Below, piece after piece: positions 42,207 through 49,777 of a stretch of 64,000 nucleotides of DNA (position 1 is the first letter of the stretch; each line of letters begins with the position of its first letter). The notes beneath the pieces are model-generated. The model was not told where the DNA came from. It saw only the letters and a program-made list of their open reading frames with translations, and did no database searches. Made by a program: the position numbers and the translations under genes. The DNA comes from Elusimicrobiota bacterium. GTDB taxonomy: Bacteria > Elusimicrobiota > Elusimicrobia > UBA1565. Location of the stretch: the NCBI GenBank assembly GCA_041650695.1, contig JBAZKS010000020.1, forward strand, positions 9,364 to 73,363, given 5' to 3'.

Positions 42207-43598
42207 TTAAGTCCGGTCCAGGATGGCGACGGTCTCGACGTGGGAGGTCTGCGGGAAGAGGTCCACCGGCTGGACCTTGGAGAGCCGCCAGCGGTGCCTG
42301 CAGAGCCAGTCCACGTCGCGGGCGAGGGTGGCTGGGTTGCAGGACACGTAGAGCACGCGGCCGACCGCCGGGTCGAACAAGGCCTTGAGCACGGATTTCG
42401 CGCATCCTGAGCGGGGCGGGTCCAGGATGACGGACGCGGTCCCCCGCTCGCAGCCGGCGAGGATCTTGCGGATCGGGCCGAGTTGGGTCTCGATGCTCCC
42501 CGCGTGGAAGCGGGCGTTGCGCACTCCGTTGAAGCGCGCGTTCCCCCAGGCGTCCACGATCGCCTCCCGGTTCTCGTCGAAACCGAGCACCCGGTCGGAG
42601 GCGTCCGCCACCCAGAGGGCGATGGAGCCGACGCCGCAATAGAGGTCGAGCACGATGCTCGGCCGTTTCCCGCCTGCGCACAGGCCCTCTCGGACCTCCC
42701 TGTAGAGAAGCTCGCAGGCCGGAGTGTTCACCTGCAGGAAGGCCGCGGGAGAGGCCAGCAGGCGCAGCGCGCCCAGGCGCTCCTCGAGCCGGTCCGCGCC
42801 CCAGAGCTTGCGCCAGGAGGGCCCGAGCACGACCGGGGTCTTGAGCGGCTGGACGTTCTGGAACAAGGCCACGATCTCCGGGAACTCCCGGCGCATGGAA
42901 GCGACGAAGTCCTCCTGCTCGCGGAACTCGGGGGTGCGCGTCACGAGCGCGACGAGAGCCTGGCCCTGCGAGTTCGTTCGCACGAAGAGATGGCGGAGCC
43001 AGCCGGAGTTCGCCGCCTCGTCGTAGACGCGCCATCCGAGGCTCGCGGCCATGGACCGGACCTTGCGCACCAGACGCACCGAGAGCTCGGGCTGCACCGG
43101 GCAGTCCTCGAAGCCCACGATGCGGTGGGTCCCCGGGCTGTAGAAGCCGGCGATGGGGACGCCGCGCTCTTGCCCGAACGGGACGAGCACCTTGTTGCGG
43201 TAGCGCCACGGCGCCGGGGCCGGGATCGTGGGCTCGACCTCGGGAGAGCGCAGCTTGGCGATGCGGAAGAGGCAGTCCCGGACCATCTCGCGCTTGGCCT
43301 CGAGCTGGGTCTGGGGTGAGAGGTGCTGCCAGTCGCATCCCCCGCAGGCCGGTCCCGGCCGTCGGGGCGCGAAGTGGAGCGGGCAGGCGGGCTCCACGCG
43401 TCCCGGACCCGGCGCGTCCAGGCGCAGGAAGCGCGCCTGGCAGAAGCCGGAGCGGACTCTCTCCATCTCGACCTCGACGACGTCCCCGGGCGCGGTGTAG
43501 GGGACGAAGACGATCTTGCCTCCTCGGCCGCCGGCGGGACGGCCGAGGCCCATGCCCTGCGGAGCCATGCGCTCGATGCGGACCAGCATGGAGCGCAT
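42207..43598 (-). CDS. RlmD/RumA-family 23S rRNA (uracil-C5)-methyltransferase
   Basis: A TRAM-like N-terminus, Fe-S Cys cluster (CPLHF...CGGCDWQH), SAM motif VLDLYCGVGSI, DPPRSG and the catalytic YVSCNPATLARD are present. Confidence 0.88.
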   Translation of the reverse strand: MRSMLVRIERMAPQGMGLGRPAGGRGGKIVFVPYTAPGDVVEVEMERVRSGFCQARFLRLDAPGPGRVEPACPLHFAPRRPGPACGGCDWQHLSPQTQLEAKREMVRDCLFRIAKLRSPEVEPTIPAPAPWRYRNKVLVPFGQERGVPIAGFYSPGTHRIVGFEDCPVQPELSVRLVRKVRSMAASLGWRVYDEAANSGWLRHLFVRTNSQGQALVALVTRTPEFREQEDFVASMRREFPEIVALFQNVQPLKTPVVLGPSWRKLWGADRLEERLGALRLLASPAAFLQVNTPACELLYREVREGLCAGGKRPSIVLDLYCGVGSIALWVADASDRVLGFDENREAIVDAWGNARFNGVRNARFHAGSIETQLGPIRKILAGCERGTASVILDPPRSGCAKSVLKALFDPAVGRVLYVSCNPATLARDVDWLCRHRWRLSKVQPVDLFPQTSHVETVAILDRT

Positions 43599-43624
43599 GG
43601 TATCATTTTGGTAAAATCAGTCGG

Positions 43625-44458
43625 ATGCGGAAAAGCCTCGCGCTCCTCGCGCTTCTCGTCCAGGGATGCGTCCCGCTTCCTCCAGAAGAAGTCCCTTCCG
43701 CCCCTGCCGCGCAGGGGCGTCGGGTCGTTTCCATGGATCTGGACTCGGGGCACAAGCGTCACTCGACGCGGCATTTCGAGGTGCGCGCCTATTCCGAGGA
43801 TTCGGCCCGGGAAGCGGGCGAACTCGCGGAGCGGCTCATGGAGCGCGTCCTGAAGGACACGGGGCTCTACTCCTTCCAGACCCGGCTTCCCATCCCCGTC
43901 TTCCTGTATAGGTCCCAGGAGGAGTTCTCCGTGAAGACGGACATCCCTCCCGGAGCGGCGGCCGGCGCCGCTGACCGGAGCGGGACCCTCTTCACGTTCG
44001 AAGGAGCGCCTCTCGGGAACGTGCTGTCCCATGAGATCAGCCATCTGATTTTCATCGAGTACATGGGGCGCATGGAACCGCTCTGGGTCAACGAGGGCCT
44101 GGCCGTATACGAGGAACAGGAGGCTTCCTCGGACCCGACGCCGTATTCCGCGGGGGACAGGCTCATCCCGTTCCGCGAGATGGCGGGATTGGAGACCGCG
44201 CAGATCATCGCGCTCTCCTCGGCGCGGGGGTTGCGCCTCGCCGGACTTCCCCGGCGGGAGGAGTCCATGAGCGCGTGGTACCGCCAGGCCGGAGGGGTGG
44301 TGCGCCTCATGATCGAGAAGGGCGGATATGGGGGGTTCGCGAGGTTCCTGGCGGCCCTGCGCGACGGCAGGAGCGAGAGCGAGGCGATCGGGCTGAGTTT
44401 TCAAGGGCGTTGGAAGGGGATGGCGGACCTGGAGGCGGAGTGGCGTACGGGACGGTGA
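43625..44458 (+). CDS. Lipoprotein with MA-clan (HExxH) peptidase-like domain
   Basis: ATG 43625 lies inside track ORF 43316..44458. It has the lipobox LALLALLVQGC, the zinc motif SHEISHL (HExxH) and a downstream NEGLAVYEE. Confidence 0.65.
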   Translation: MRKSLALLALLVQGCVPLPPEEVPSAPAAQGRRVVSMDLDSGHKRHSTRHFEVRAYSEDSAREAGELAERLMERVLKDTGLYSFQTRLPIPVFLYRSQEEFSVKTDIPPGAAAGAADRSGTLFTFEGAPLGNVLSHEISHLIFIEYMGRMEPLWVNEGLAVYEEQEASSDPTPYSAGDRLIPFREMAGLETAQIIALSSARGLRLAGLPRREESMSAWYRQAGGVVRLMIEKGGYGGFARFLAALRDGRSESEAIGLSFQGRWKGMADLEAEWRTGR

Positions 44459-46413
44459 CGCGCATCTCCACGCTGCGTCTCGGCCTGACCGCGACGCTCA
44501 CCGGCATCATCCTGCTCGAGGCCCCCTTGAGGCTTTCGCCGTACACCGTGTGGGCGATCGGGGGAGTCGTGCTGGTCTGGTGCGGGTCCCCGTTCCACCA
44601 CGGGCTCAGGCTCGCTCTGGCCGCCGCCAGCGCGGACTCCGACATGCTCATCTCCATCAGCCTGTGGGGCGCGTTCGTCTTCAGCACCGCGGCGGTGTTC
44701 CTCAACGAGCTCCTGCCTGCGGCGTTCCGCCAGCATCAGCTCGGGCCCATGGCCGCGCTGGTCGTCTGTTCGCTGGCCGGCCGGTGGCTGGAGAGCCGGC
44801 TGACCGCCCGCGGGGGAGAGGCGCTCGGGAGGCTGCTCCGAAGGCTCCCTCACGCCGCTCGTCTCGTCCGGGACGGGCGCGAATCCGTCTCCCCGTCCAA
44901 GGACGTCCGCGTCGGCGACCGCGTCCGGGTCCTTTCCGGCGAGCTCATCCCCTTCGACGGGACCGTCTGCGCCGGATCATCCTCTGTCGACGAGTCCTTG
45001 TGGACCGGATACGAGGCGGCGGTCGAGAAGACCGTCGGCAGCCGCGTCTACGGGGGCACCCAGAACAAGGGCGGGACCCTGACGGTCGAGGTCGGCCAGG
45101 TGGGCCCCGGCATGACCCTTTCAAAGCTGGTCGCTTCCGTGCTCGAGGGGCTGGACGCCAAGGAGACGGGGGCCGGGAGCGCGGATCGCCTCGCGCAGGG
45201 CTACGTGCCGGCCATCGTCATCGTGGCGGTGGGGGTGGCCGTGCTTTGGTCGTGGAAGGGCCCCGAGCCTCGGGTGTGGCACGCGTTCACCGCGCTGACG
45301 CTCGTGCTGGCCGGCTCCTGTCCGCTGGCCTTCACCGCCGCCGCCCCTGCCGCTCTTGCGGCAGGTATGCGGCGCGCGGCCAGGCGCGGCATCCGGATAC
45401 GCAATCCGGGGCACCTCCAGCGGATGAAGGTCCCGGATGTCGTCATCCTGAGCAAGAAGGGCGTCCTGACCGCGGGGATGCCCGAGGTGGCCGAGGTCCT
45501 CGCCTCGGACGGGTGGAGCGAGGGGGAGCTCCTCCGATGGGCGGCCGCCGCGGAGAGCCGGTCCGGCCATCCTTTCGCCCATGCGGTCCGGCGCCGCGTC
45601 GGGGAAGCGCCGCTGCCCGCCCTGGAATCGGTGGAGACCTCTCCGGGCCGTGGTCTGGTGTCCTTGGTGGCCGGGCGGCGCGTCGTGGTCGGCAGCCTGC
45701 AGTTCCTCGCGGACCAGGGCGTCGAGACTTCCCGCTTCGCCGAAGGCCGCCTGGAGGGGAAGCACCATCCGCTGGCCGGGGTGGCCGTGGACGGCGAGAT
45801 GGCCGGGGTCGTCCTCTTCACGGAACCGCTGCGCGAGGGCTCCGAGGACAAAATCCGGATGCTCGAGAGGCTGGGCATCGAGGTGGTCCTGGCCTCGGGC
45901 GACCGCGCTCCGGCCGTGCGCCGGGCGGCCCAGATCGCCGGCATCGGGAAGATCTTCGCGGACGTGCTGGAGGAAGGCAAGACCCGGCTGGTCGCGCAGT
46001 TCCGCGCGGCCGGACGGACCGTCGCGATGGTCGGCGACGGGGTGCACGACGCCGTGGCCATGAGCCGCGCGGACCTCGGGATGGCCCTGGCTCCCCTGCG
46101 CGCGGAGGATGACGAGCCCGGGCGCAGGCATCGGGCGGCCTTCGATTTATCGGCCGAAGTGGCCGACATCGTGCTGTCCAAGCGGGATCTGGCGAGTCTG
46201 GTCTACGGCATCCAGCTCAGCATCCGGATCCGGAGGACCGTCCGGGAGAACCTCATGTGGGCTTTCGCCTTCCACCTCCCGCTGGTCCCCATCGCGGCGG
46301 GAGCGCTTTTCGTGTCCACGGGCGCCAGCTACGGTCCCCTTTATCCCTTGGCCGCGACTGCGCTCGGCGTCGTGGCCATCACCGTCAATTCCATCAGGAG
46401 GCTCAAGCAGTGA
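44440..46413 (+). CDS. P1B-type (heavy-metal) P-type ATPase homologue with degenerate catalytic motifs, no N-terminal metal-binding domain
   Basis: The whole length aligns by hand to CopA-type pumps. However TGES=TGYE, CPC=CPL, DKTGT=SKKGV, TGDN=SGDR and GDGINDAP=GDGVHDAV; the HP motif is retained (SGHPF). The start is GTG 44440 (after GGAGG) or GTG 44455 (GTGA overlap). Confidence 0.8.
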   Translation: MAYGTVTRISTLRLGLTATLTGIILLEAPLRLSPYTVWAIGGVVLVWCGSPFHHGLRLALAAASADSDMLISISLWGAFVFSTAAVFLNELLPAAFRQHQLGPMAALVVCSLAGRWLESRLTARGGEALGRLLRRLPHAARLVRDGRESVSPSKDVRVGDRVRVLSGELIPFDGTVCAGSSSVDESLWTGYEAAVEKTVGSRVYGGTQNKGGTLTVEVGQVGPGMTLSKLVASVLEGLDAKETGAGSADRLAQGYVPAIVIVAVGVAVLWSWKGPEPRVWHAFTALTLVLAGSCPLAFTAAAPAALAAGMRRAARRGIRIRNPGHLQRMKVPDVVILSKKGVLTAGMPEVAEVLASDGWSEGELLRWAAAAESRSGHPFAHAVRRRVGEAPLPALESVETSPGRGLVSLVAGRRVVVGSLQFLADQGVETSRFAEGRLEGKHHPLAGVAVDGEMAGVVLFTEPLREGSEDKIRMLERLGIEVVLASGDRAPAVRRAAQIAGIGKIFADVLEEGKTRLVAQFRAAGRTVAMVGDGVHDAVAMSRADLGMALAPLRAEDDEPGRRHRAAFDLSAEVADIVLSKRDLASLVYGIQLSIRIRRTVRENLMWAFAFHLPLVPIAAGALFVSTGASYGPLYPLAATALGVVAITVNSIRRLKQ

Positions 46414-46814
46414 AACGGACGCGATTGGGCTATACCTCGGGGCAGGCGGTCTCCGGAGTCAAGGACCGCCTTCCGCCGATCGAAACGTGGCCGAACCAGT
46501 ACCGGGGATACGAGATACGCATCGAGATCCCCGAGTTCACCTCGGTGTGTCCCAAGACGGGCCTGCCGGATTTCGGGACCGTCGTGATCGAGTACCTGCC
46601 GGACCGGCGGTGCATCGAGCTTAAGTCGCTGAAGTACTACATCCTGGCGTACCGGAACATGGGGATCTTCTACGAGAACGCGGTCAACCGCATCCTCGAC
46701 GATGTGGCCGCCGCGACCCGGCCCGTGTGGGCGAAGGTCACCGGCGCTTTCACGGCGCGCGGCGGCATGCGGTCCACGGTCACCGCGCGCTATCCTAGGA
46801 AGAGGGGTGGCTGA
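46410..46814 (+). CDS. queF: NADPH-dependent 7-cyano-7-deazaguanine reductase (QueF, short type)
   Basis: GTG 46410 forms a GTGA overlap and is preceded by AGGAGG 8 nt upstream. The motif EFTSVCPKTGLPDFG carries the catalytic Cys, followed by IELKSLKYYILAYRNMGIFYE. Confidence 0.85.
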   Translation: MKRTRLGYTSGQAVSGVKDRLPPIETWPNQYRGYEIRIEIPEFTSVCPKTGLPDFGTVVIEYLPDRRCIELKSLKYYILAYRNMGIFYENAVNRILDDVAAATRPVWAKVTGAFTARGGMRSTVTARYPRKRGG

Positions 46815-48135
46815 ACTCAGCGTCGGCTTCTGCGGCGACTCCGCCCGGGCGGGCCCGGACTGGCTCCGGGTCCTGAGCAGGCGCGGGCTGGCCGCGGAAG
46901 GGAGGGCGGGGCCCTCCCTGTTCATGACGGTCGTAGGGAAATGGCCGGAGCGTCCCCAAGTGCTGGTCGCCCCGAATTGCACAGACCTATCCTGCGGGCC
47001 CGCGACGCTGTCGTTGCCGTCTGAGACGCTGCTCATCGGAGCGCTCCAGCGCCTGAGCGGGATGGATAGGTCCGCATGCGGCTCCGACCCGGCGCGGGCA
47101 GGCTATGACTACGCGACCGCGAACTTCCCGGATATGGGGCTCCGCCTTCCCGGAGGGGACGGCGTCCCTCGCGCCGCCTTGAACGGGCTCTCTTCGAGCC
47201 TGCTGGGGGCTCTTTGCGCCGGGTGCAGGTTCATCGCTTGGGGGCTCCCGGGAGACCCGCCCGCCTGGGCCGCCGGCTTCGAACGCGCAACAGGCTCGGA
47301 AAGGGCCGTGTCCATGGCCTTGGGCGCGGGGCACGCGGGCGCGCGGGCCATGGCCGTGGTCTCGGCGAGCGAGATGGAGTCGGCCTCCCGCATCCTCCGC
47401 TGGGCCGCGGAGGCCGAGGTGCCGTGCGTGGTGCTGGCCGCCGGGGAGGGCTTCGGGATCGTCCCGTCCATGGCGGAGTGGGTGGAGTCCGCCCCCGCCG
47501 CGTTCTTCGTTCCTGCCACGGTGGAGGAGGCGGGCAAGACCGCCGCCCAGGCCTTTGACTGGGCTGAGACCTATCAATGCCCGGTCTGCGTCTCTTTGTC
47601 CGGCCTGATGGACCGATGGTCCGCGGTCGCGCGGCCCGGGAAGACAGAGACCTCCCGCGGCCTCTGGGCATCGCCTGGAGAGGGGCGCTACCGCGACACG
47701 CCCGCCGGCATCTCCCCTCGAGCGGTCCCAGGGCAGGAAGGGCTCGAGTATTCCGCCTGTCCGGCGGACGCCTCGAGGTCGAAGAAGCTCGAGCGCAAGC
47801 ACATCGCTCTGCTTTCCTCGGCGCCGGGCTTGAGCGCCGCGGGGACGGGCCTGTGCGTGGCGGCGAGCGGTAGCCTCGCTGGGGAGCTCCGCCGGCTCGA
47901 AGGGCGCTTCAAGCTCGTCGCGGTGGACCGTCTGCTCCCGTTCCCGGCAGCTCTCCTGGCCGGGGAGATGAAGACTTCCTGGAGGACGGTGGTGGCCGAG
48001 TGGGAGGGGGACACGGCCTTGCGCGGGCTCATTCGTCGCCAGTTGAGCGTGGACCTCCCCACCCTGCAGATCCCGCGGAGCGCGGACATGGAGAGCCTGC
48101 GAGGGTCCGTTTTGGAGGCGGTCGGCCGTGATTGA
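46807..48135 (+). CDS. 2-oxoacid:ferredoxin oxidoreductase gamma/alpha-like protein (divergent)
   Basis: It aligns by hand to KorA-type subunits (LLGALCAGCRFIAWG; ERAVSMALGAGHAGARAMAVVS; AEAEVPCVVL), with a gamma-like N-terminus (SVGFCGDSARAG). The conserved SGPG and RGGPSTG stretches read SASE and GEGFG. The GTG start overlaps queF by 8 nt. Third-position G+C supports this frame. Confidence 0.5.
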   Translation: MAELSVGFCGDSARAGPDWLRVLSRRGLAAEGRAGPSLFMTVVGKWPERPQVLVAPNCTDLSCGPATLSLPSETLLIGALQRLSGMDRSACGSDPARAGYDYATANFPDMGLRLPGGDGVPRAALNGLSSSLLGALCAGCRFIAWGLPGDPPAWAAGFERATGSERAVSMALGAGHAGARAMAVVSASEMESASRILRWAAEAEVPCVVLAAGEGFGIVPSMAEWVESAPAAFFVPATVEEAGKTAAQAFDWAETYQCPVCVSLSGLMDRWSAVARPGKTETSRGLWASPGEGRYRDTPAGISPRAVPGQEGLEYSACPADASRSKKLERKHIALLSSAPGLSAAGTGLCVAASGSLAGELRRLEGRFKLVAVDRLLPFPAALLAGEMKTSWRTVVAEWEGDTALRGLIRRQLSVDLPTLQIPRSADMESLRGSVLEAVGRD

Positions 48136-48757
48136 GGAGTTCCGCATCCCCTCGCGCTCCCCCGCCGTGGAGATGGAGCCTCTGCCGGCCGGAGAGACGC
48201 CTTTCGGCCGCGCGTTGTCCATCTGCGGCTTCCATCCCAAGGACGTGCTCTGCGTCTGCGAGCGCGTCGAGGAAGCGCGTTCCCCCAGGGGACCCCATAT
48301 GCCCCTGGGGCTGCGGGAAGCGGAAGGGGCCCGCTGTTACCAGGTCGCGGGCTTGGGCGGCAGGCATGCGCTCGCTTTCGCGCTGGGCAGCCGCGCCGCG
48401 AACCCCGGGCTGACCCTCGTCGTGTTCACGGACTCGCCGGACCTCGAGGACCTGGCCGCCGCGTGCAGGAAGAACCTGGACCTCACCTGCGTCACGCCCC
48501 GGACCGGCCTGCTGCCCGTGGCGCAGGCGGCCGGCGCGACCTTCCTCTGCAGAGCGAACCCGGACTCCCTCGCGTCCTCGCTGGCGCAGGCCATGCAGCA
48601 CAAGGGTTTCTCTTTGGTGGAGCTCGCGGACGGCCCTCCGGAGGTCCTGCATGAGAGCCGCAGGCCCGTATGGGAGAGAGGCTGCGAGCCTCGCGTCAGG
48701 CTCCCGGTCCCGATGCCCGAGCCGGAGAGGCTCTCGCTTTGGGAGCGCCTCCTGTGA
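48128..48757 (+). CDS. 2-oxoacid:ferredoxin oxidoreductase beta-like protein lacking the TPP/Mg motif
   Basis: It aligns by hand to the KorB core (RHALAFALGSRAANPGLTLVVF; ACRKNLDLTCV; AAGATFLCRA...HKGFSLVEL). The GDGD..NN thiamine-diphosphate motif reads TDSPD, and the N-terminal Cys motif is not conserved. The GTG start overlaps the previous gene by 8 nt. Confidence 0.45.
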   Translation: MIEEFRIPSRSPAVEMEPLPAGETPFGRALSICGFHPKDVLCVCERVEEARSPRGPHMPLGLREAEGARCYQVAGLGGRHALAFALGSRAANPGLTLVVFTDSPDLEDLAAACRKNLDLTCVTPRTGLLPVAQAAGATFLCRANPDSLASSLAQAMQHKGFSLVELADGPPEVLHESRRPVWERGCEPRVRLPVPMPEPERLSLWERLL

Positions 48758-49758
48758 AGACCGTCCTGCACAAGAAGGGGCTGGTGGAAGTGCATTTCCC
48801 GGTCAGCGACCTCAAAGACGGCGCCGGGCTGCGCGCGGACGCGTTCCTGGCCAAGCGCTTGAAGCGCTACTCGAGGAGCGAGGTGCAGCGGCTCATGGCC
48901 GCCGGCCGAGTGCGCTTGAAGCGCGGGGAGGGCTCCCCGGGGCCCGTGAAGGCGTCGCAGCGGCTCGCGCTCTCGGACACGGTCATCGTGGCCTATACCC
49001 GCACGGAGGAGCCTCCATGCGCGCACGAGCGGCTGGCGGTCCTGCATGAGGACGACGACCTCCTGGCCGTGGACAAGCCCGCGCGGGTGCTGAGCCACCC
49101 CACGGACCGCGTGGTGCGCAACGCCGCGACCTCGATACTGGCGAGGCAGTTCCCCGGCTTCAAGCTCCACCTCGCGCACCGGCTCGACCGCGAGACGAGC
49201 GGGGTCCTCCTGTTGGCCAAGAACAAGGAGGCCGCCCGGCGCCTGACCGAAAGCTTCACGCGCGGGAAGGTGCGCAAGGAGTACCTCGCCGTGGTGCGCG
49301 GGGAGGTGGCCTTCGAGCGCACGGTCGTGGACAAGCCCATGGAGCACGACGGCGGTGAGATCAAGGTCCGGCAGGGCTTGGGAGGGGACCGCGCGGCGAG
49401 GACCGAGTTCGAGCGCGTGGCCGTGGCGCACGGCCTTTCCTTGGTGCGCGCCCTGCCGCGGACGGGCCGGCTGCATCAGATACGGGTGCACCTGGCGTCC
49501 CTCGGACATCCGGTGCTCGGCGACAAGCTCTATCAAGGCGAGGGGGAGTACTACATGAAGGCCGTACGCCGCGAGCTCGACGAGGAGGACCTCCTCGCTC
49601 TGGGCGCCTCCCGGCAGATGCTGCACGCGGCCAGACTGGGCTTCCCGCATCCCTCCACCGGCGCGTGGACCGAGGTCGAGGCGCCGCTGCCCGAGGATTT
49701 TCTGAGACTAAAGGTACTCCTCGGACTTGGGCCGTCCGTACCTGGCACGGCTGGATAA
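48754..49758 (+). CDS. RluA-family pseudouridine synthase with S4-like N-terminus
   Basis: GTGA overlap start. An S4-like segment (RADAFLAKRLKRYSRSEVQRLMAAGRVRL), the catalytic HRLDRETSGVLLLAK and GRLHQIRVHLASLGHPVLGD are present. Confidence 0.88.
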   Translation: MKTVLHKKGLVEVHFPVSDLKDGAGLRADAFLAKRLKRYSRSEVQRLMAAGRVRLKRGEGSPGPVKASQRLALSDTVIVAYTRTEEPPCAHERLAVLHEDDDLLAVDKPARVLSHPTDRVVRNAATSILARQFPGFKLHLAHRLDRETSGVLLLAKNKEAARRLTESFTRGKVRKEYLAVVRGEVAFERTVVDKPMEHDGGEIKVRQGLGGDRAARTEFERVAVAHGLSLVRALPRTGRLHQIRVHLASLGHPVLGDKLYQGEGEYYMKAVRRELDEEDLLALGASRQMLHAARLGFPHPSTGAWTEVEAPLPEDFLRLKVLLGLGPSVPGTAG

Positions 49759-49777
49759 GACCTCGCATACTTGAGGC

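Noticed and set aside
44440-46413. Annotating the P-type ATPase homologue as a copper/heavy-metal exporter (copA/zntA).
   Set aside because: The phospho-acceptor Asp, the TGE motif, the CPC motif and the HMA domain are all missing by hand alignment, so a transport function should not be transferred.
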